From Tubiluchus corallicola (lineage: Eukaryota; Animalia; Priapulida): a stretch of DNA of 14,110 nt. Below are positions 10,077-14,110 of the stretch, one piece after another (positions within the stretch are counted from its first letter, which is position 1; each line of letters begins with the position of its first letter). Location: contig JAQGDQ010002125.1 in the NCBI GenBank assembly GCA_030141605.1, positions 1-14,110 on the forward strand. The letters run 5' to 3'. The notes under the pieces are model-generated. The model saw only the letters and a list, made by a program, of their open reading frames with translations, was not told where the DNA came from and made no database searches. Position numbers and translations under genes: made by a program.

Positions 10077-10280
10077 ATTTGCCTTTTCCTTTAAATCAAA
10101 GGAATTTTTTACAAAACGAAATTACTGATTAATTATACCTGTCAGCATGAACGATTCGAATCTAAAGTGGATCAAAACTCATAAAGGTAAGAAAGGTATT
10201 AAGCAAGCATGCCCAAATATGGTCATCCAGTAATTGCAGAATGAACCTAGTTATTGTACAATCAGTCAACCATGTGAATT
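10077..10280 (+). repeat. Direct repeat, copy 2, right flank of the LINE-like fragment; begins with a second Kolobok-like right end (ttgccttttcct-TTAA)
   Basis: Near-identical to 9187-9402. Confidence 0.96.
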
Positions 10281-10509
10281 ATAACACAGTTTGAAGCCAA
10301 TATGTACGCAAGTTAATCCTGTCGTAAATGATCGTAAAATCCCACAGTTTTGTGACGCACCGCGAAATCGGTGAAGTCGTTTCAGTCACGTTCTCGTCCT
10401 GAAGACCACTGATTTCCACTCTTGATTTTTAAGCTAAACTTTTCGAGTAATTAAGGTCGTCTGCTTGATTTGTTCACACCGTAGTCAATAAATGCAGTTT
10501 ACGTAAGTT

Positions 10510-10681
10510 AGAAATTATGAAAAAGTTGAGTAGAAGATGGAAAAAAACTAGCAACAACAAGACAGCAACAATAACAACAGCAGGCATAACAACAGCAACA
10601 GCAAAAGCAGCAGCAACATCAGTAAAATCAGTAAGAATATCGTCGCCATCGTCATCAGCATCATCATCTTCGTCATCATCG

Positions 10682-10716
<35 letters not shown>

Positions 10717-10969
10717 TTCATCATCATCATCATCAACACCATCATCATAATCATCATCACCACCACCACCACCATCATCATCATCATTGTCATAGCGTTA
10801 ACTGAACTGGAAAAGGCAGGGCAAAATAACATAATTTATTAAAGAAAAAAGCAAGTGATTCAGTACGTTGGTGTTGCTGTTGCTGTTGTAATGCCTGCTG
10901 TTGCTATTGTTGCCGTCTTGTTGTTGCTAGTTTTTTTCCCACCTGCTACTCTATGTTTTCATAATTTCT
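10510..10969. repeat. Inverted repeat (~95-bp arms, ~90% identical) enclosing a (TCA)n/(CCA)n microsatellite
   Basis: 10510-10604 versus the reverse complement of 10874-10969: 8 substitutions and 1 indel, including non-repetitive agaaattatgaaaa...gagtag...ggaaaaaaactagcaacaacaagac. Confidence 0.9.
10638..10787. repeat. (TCA/TCG)n(CCA)n(TCA)n microsatellite
   Basis: Directly visible; source of the polyS and polyM ORFs. Confidence 0.95.
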
Positions 10970-11250
10970 TAGCCAAGCAACATTTACTCTGCAACACTGG
11001 AAAGGATATGAAATATCTACGCTCTGCCCTTGCTAATCCTTACCTAAGTGGTTTTATTAATAATCATTATCGCCATTTATAAAAGTACGTCAAGAAATCG
11101 ATAGATCATTGCTCAGGACATTAGCGTCCACTCTGTGGGGTTTCCTGTTACTGGTCAGCGGTCAGCGTACTTTGAACTCTGGCAAGCTGACCACAAATAT
11201 GAATACGTACAACAGGATTTAAAGCACAGATAACATTTCTCACATTAGAA

Positions 11251-12574
11251 TTAGTTACTCTGACATGGAATGAATCTTACACCAAGTTAGTTACTCTACA
11301 GTGCAATGAACCTTAGACTGACTTAGTTACTCTGTGATGGAATGAATCTTTCACCAAGTTAGTTACTCTACAGTGCAATGAACCTTAGACTGACTTAGTT
11401 ACTCTGTGATGGAATGAATCTTTCACCAAGTTAGTTACTCTACAGTGCAATGAACCTTAGACTGACTTAGTTACTCTGGGACGGAATGAATCTTACATCA
11501 GCTTTGGTTACTCTGCAGTGCAATGAACCTTAGACTGACTTAGTTACTCTGGGACGGAATGAATCTTACATCAGCTTTGGTTACTCTACAGTGCAATGAA
11601 CCTTAGACTGACTTAGTTACTCTGGGACGGAATGAATCTTACATCAGCTTTGGTTACTCTGCAGTGCAATGAACCTTGGACTGACTTAGTTACTCTGTGA
11701 TGAAATGAATCTTACATCAAGTTAGTTACTCTACAGTGCGATGAACCTTAGATTGACTTAGTTACTCTGTGATGGAATGAATCTTACACCAAGTTAGTTA
11801 CTCTGCAGTGCGATGAACCTTAAATTGACTTAGTTACTCTGGGACGGAATGAATCTTACACCAAGTTAGTTACTCTGCAGTGCGATGAACCTTAGACTGA
11901 CTTAGTTACTCTGTGACGGAATGAATCTTTCATCAGCTTTGGTTACTCTGCAGTGCAATGAACCTTGGACTGACTTAGTTACTCTGTGATGAAATGAATC
12001 TTACATCAAGTTAGTTACTCTACAGTGCGATGAACCTTAGATTGACTTAGTTACTCTGTGATGGAATGAATCTTACACCAAGTTAGTTACTCTGCAGTGC
12101 GATGAACCTTAGATTGACTTAGTTACTCTGGGACGGAATGAATCTTACACCAAGTTAGTTACTCAGCCATGGAACGAATCTTACATCGACTTAGTTACTC
12201 AGCCATGGAACGAATCTTACGTCAACTTAGTCACTCAGCCATGGAACGAATCTTACGTCGACTTAGTTACTCAGCAATGGAACGAGCCTCACATCAACTT
12301 AGTTACTCAGCCATGGAACGAATCTTACGTCGACTTAGTTACTCAGCAATAGAACGAATCTCACATCAGCTTAGTTACTCAGCAATAGAACGAATCTCAC
12401 ATCAGCTTAGTTACTCAGCCATGGAACGAATCTTACGTCAACTTAGTTACTCAGCAATGGAACGAATCTCACATCAACTTAGTTACTCAGCCATGGAACG
12501 AATCTTACGTCGACTTAGTTACTCAGTAATGGAAAGTATTCTACATCAACTGAGTTACTTTGCCATGGAGCGAA
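11251..12574. repeat. 36-bp minisatellite, ~37 units, in two domains: alternating A/B dimers (11251-12154) and a C-type monomer block (12155-12574)
   Basis: Units begin tt(a/g)gttactc. A = ttagttactctgtgatggaatgaatcttacaccaag, B = ttagttactctacagtgcaatgaaccttagactgac, C = ttagttactcagccatggaacgaatcttacgtcgac. Four A units are 37 bp. Confidence 0.97.
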
Positions 12575-12761
12575 AAAAATTTGAACAAAATTATCATATC
12601 CATTAAATATGGCGTCTTATTCTTTGGACGAACATTTAAAAAACAAATTCATTCTTACTCTGCTCTGCTTACATAAGAGACTTCCTCATGTAACTCGAAA
12701 TATCTCAGTTCGAGGCCGCTGTGAGGTGAACTTTAAATGTAACAGAACAAAAACCAATTAC

Positions 12762-12831
12762 TTGACCTGGGTGCCTTTCAGTGGAAAGAACTCCAAGCCT
12801 CCAATACAGACTTCAACCTCTCTATACCTCT
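12762..12831 (-). CDS. Candidate small internal exon (65 or 70 nt) of an unidentified host gene; peptide RYREVEVCIGGLEFFPLKGTQ
   Basis: Minus strand ttaacgttgaacctttcgcag|AGAGGTATAGA...GGCACCCAG|gtcaag (end 12767) or ...GTCAA|gtaatt (end 12762); open frame, higher GC than flanks, unique sequence. No homology recognised. Confidence 0.25.
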
Positions 12832-13579
12832 CTGCGAAAGGTTCAACGTTAATTGGAGTCTATTGAGGGCAATGTTACATTAATATCATAATCAATATCG
12901 ATTATTATATGTTTAAATGTTCAGTAACCAAACAATCCGCCTGGTATGTAAACATTAGTTAAGCAATTATTCCTCTCAAAGTGCTAAGCGAACCACAATT
13001 ATACAGCAATCGACACTTGAGGGCGACAGTATAGGTTGACGTAGTTGGCAAAGTTTCACAGTAAGGTTACAATAACTTTGTGCGAGTTTAAAGAAAACTG
13101 AACGATTGATTAGACTCAATCTCTTTTTATTTACTGTCCAAAATATACATTTTCTTGCCTATAAATGTTAGCAATTGTTTCTTATATTTGAATAATTAGC
13201 TTAGAAAGTTAATTAACGTCGGCCGTACACAGCTAATGCTTACGTCACACACTAGCCACAGTTTGTGCAATGGCAGAAGTCTTCCCTTGCGCATCAAGGA
13301 CATTTGCGTAAGTGTTACTGCTTAAAAGCGTGTATGTCAGGAAAATGGGCTCTACATCAGATGACGTCAGAAACTAACACTGCAGTTCATGATCACGGTT
13401 ATCACTGTACTGTCTTCTATTTGTCGGCCACTCGCATGCAACAAAAAGGCGCCGTTGCCAGTCTAAGTAGATTCACGCGTACCTTTGAAAGTTTAACAAG
13501 TGCAATGCTACGCATCTTCTCTGCGCGTCAAGCACGTTTGCGTAAGAGAATTTGCGTGTTGAGTTTCTACTAAACTTAA

Positions 13580-13835
13580 AGTACCAAGAAAACTCCAAAA
13601 TTTTAAAAAAAAGCTTAAAAAATTCTTCTTGAAATTTTGTATCACACTGGGCATGCGTCGGCAGTAACGCAATACGAAATTACATCAGTTTAAACTCCCA
13701 CGATGACCGTTAGCTGCTGCCATTTTGATGATAAGTCATTTGAAACAAGTTTAGATAGCATTTGTTTAAAGTATGAAAAATAATCAGAGCATTTGCAGCA
13801 CACATTTCGCTAACTAAGTAAACATTTAAATTAAT
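13580..13835 (+). mobile_element. Third, partial copy of the 4969-5994 family (Kolobok-like left end)
   Basis: TTAA(13576-13579)-AGTACCAAGAAAACTCC resembles TTAA-ATCACAAGAAAACCCC at 4965; shares ttgaaattttgtatcac, tttaaactccc(a/g)cgatgaccgtta and ctaactaa(g/a)taaa with the fold-back arms. Confidence 0.7.
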
Positions 13836-13878
13836 CTGTCTTCTTAAAATGTTATATAGAGATAAGCTTTCTCTTTAA

Positions 13879-14110
13879 CCCTTTCATACCCGTTGTATCC
13901 CGTGGGATACGAGAATATTTTCTGCCTTTAAAATTAATAAAATTTTAAAACTGACAGTTATTTGATCTGTTATTAGTTATTTTGATTTAAGCCAATAACA
14001 ATAGACTAAAAATGGTGATAAAATGGCAAACTAGAAAATCTACATAGCATAAAAAACTGTGCAAGGTACAGCACTTTAGAGACGACTTTGTACAGATCAG
14101 CATAGCATGC
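13879..14110. mobile_element. piggyBac-like element end, running off the window
   Basis: TTAA(13875-13878)-CCCTTTCATACCC followed by a subterminal palindrome gtatccc-gt-gggatac (13895-13910). TTAA+CCY is the piggyBac terminal signature; the other end is not in the window. Confidence 0.6.

Noticed and set aside
10517-11082. PolyS, polyM and hydrophobic signal-peptide-like ORFs
   Set aside because: Derived from (TCA)n and the inverted CAA/TTG arms.
11105-11233. Short open frame IIAQDISVHSVGFPVTGQRSAYFELWQADHKYEYVQQDLKHR as a plus-strand exon
   Set aside because: The upstream AG lacks a polypyrimidine tract and no homology is recognised; could equally be a repeat fragment.
11251-12574. CRISPR array (36-bp period with a constant ttagttactc box)
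   Set aside because: The variable parts are homologous and recur as A/B/C types; they are not unique spacers.
13265-13573. 102-aa ORF (also 1992-2258, 5354-5545, 6335-6553, 12609-12866)
   Set aside because: Short, some with non-ATG starts, no recognisable motif; lengths are compatible with chance.

Overview
An AT-rich, repeat-saturated, essentially non-coding eukaryotic window; the repeat types suggest an invertebrate animal intron or intergenic region (inference, species not identifiable). No intact gene, RNA gene or CRISPR array is supported, and nearly all listed ORFs are translations of micro- or minisatellites. It contains about 9 microsatellite/low-complexity tracts and three minisatellites: a 42-bp array capped by an inverted copy of its own unit, a palindrome-built 43/50-bp array, and a 36-bp array with dimeric and 8-mer higher-order structure. 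It also contains TTAA-bounded DNA-transposon remnants (Kolobok-like and piggyBac-like, including a ~1 kb fold-back with a third related copy 8 kb away), a tandem array of hAT-like termini, and a probable 5'-truncated LINE 3' end flanked by a ~200-bp direct repeat. A ~500-bp inverted repeat is hidden in trinucleotide sequence, and there is one possible 65-70 nt minus-strand exon. I see no evidence for a new protein-coding system. The most interesting signals are structural: tandem arrays apparently seeded from transposon termini, and the very long duplication around the LINE fragment. Family assignments come from terminal motifs only, without a database search.
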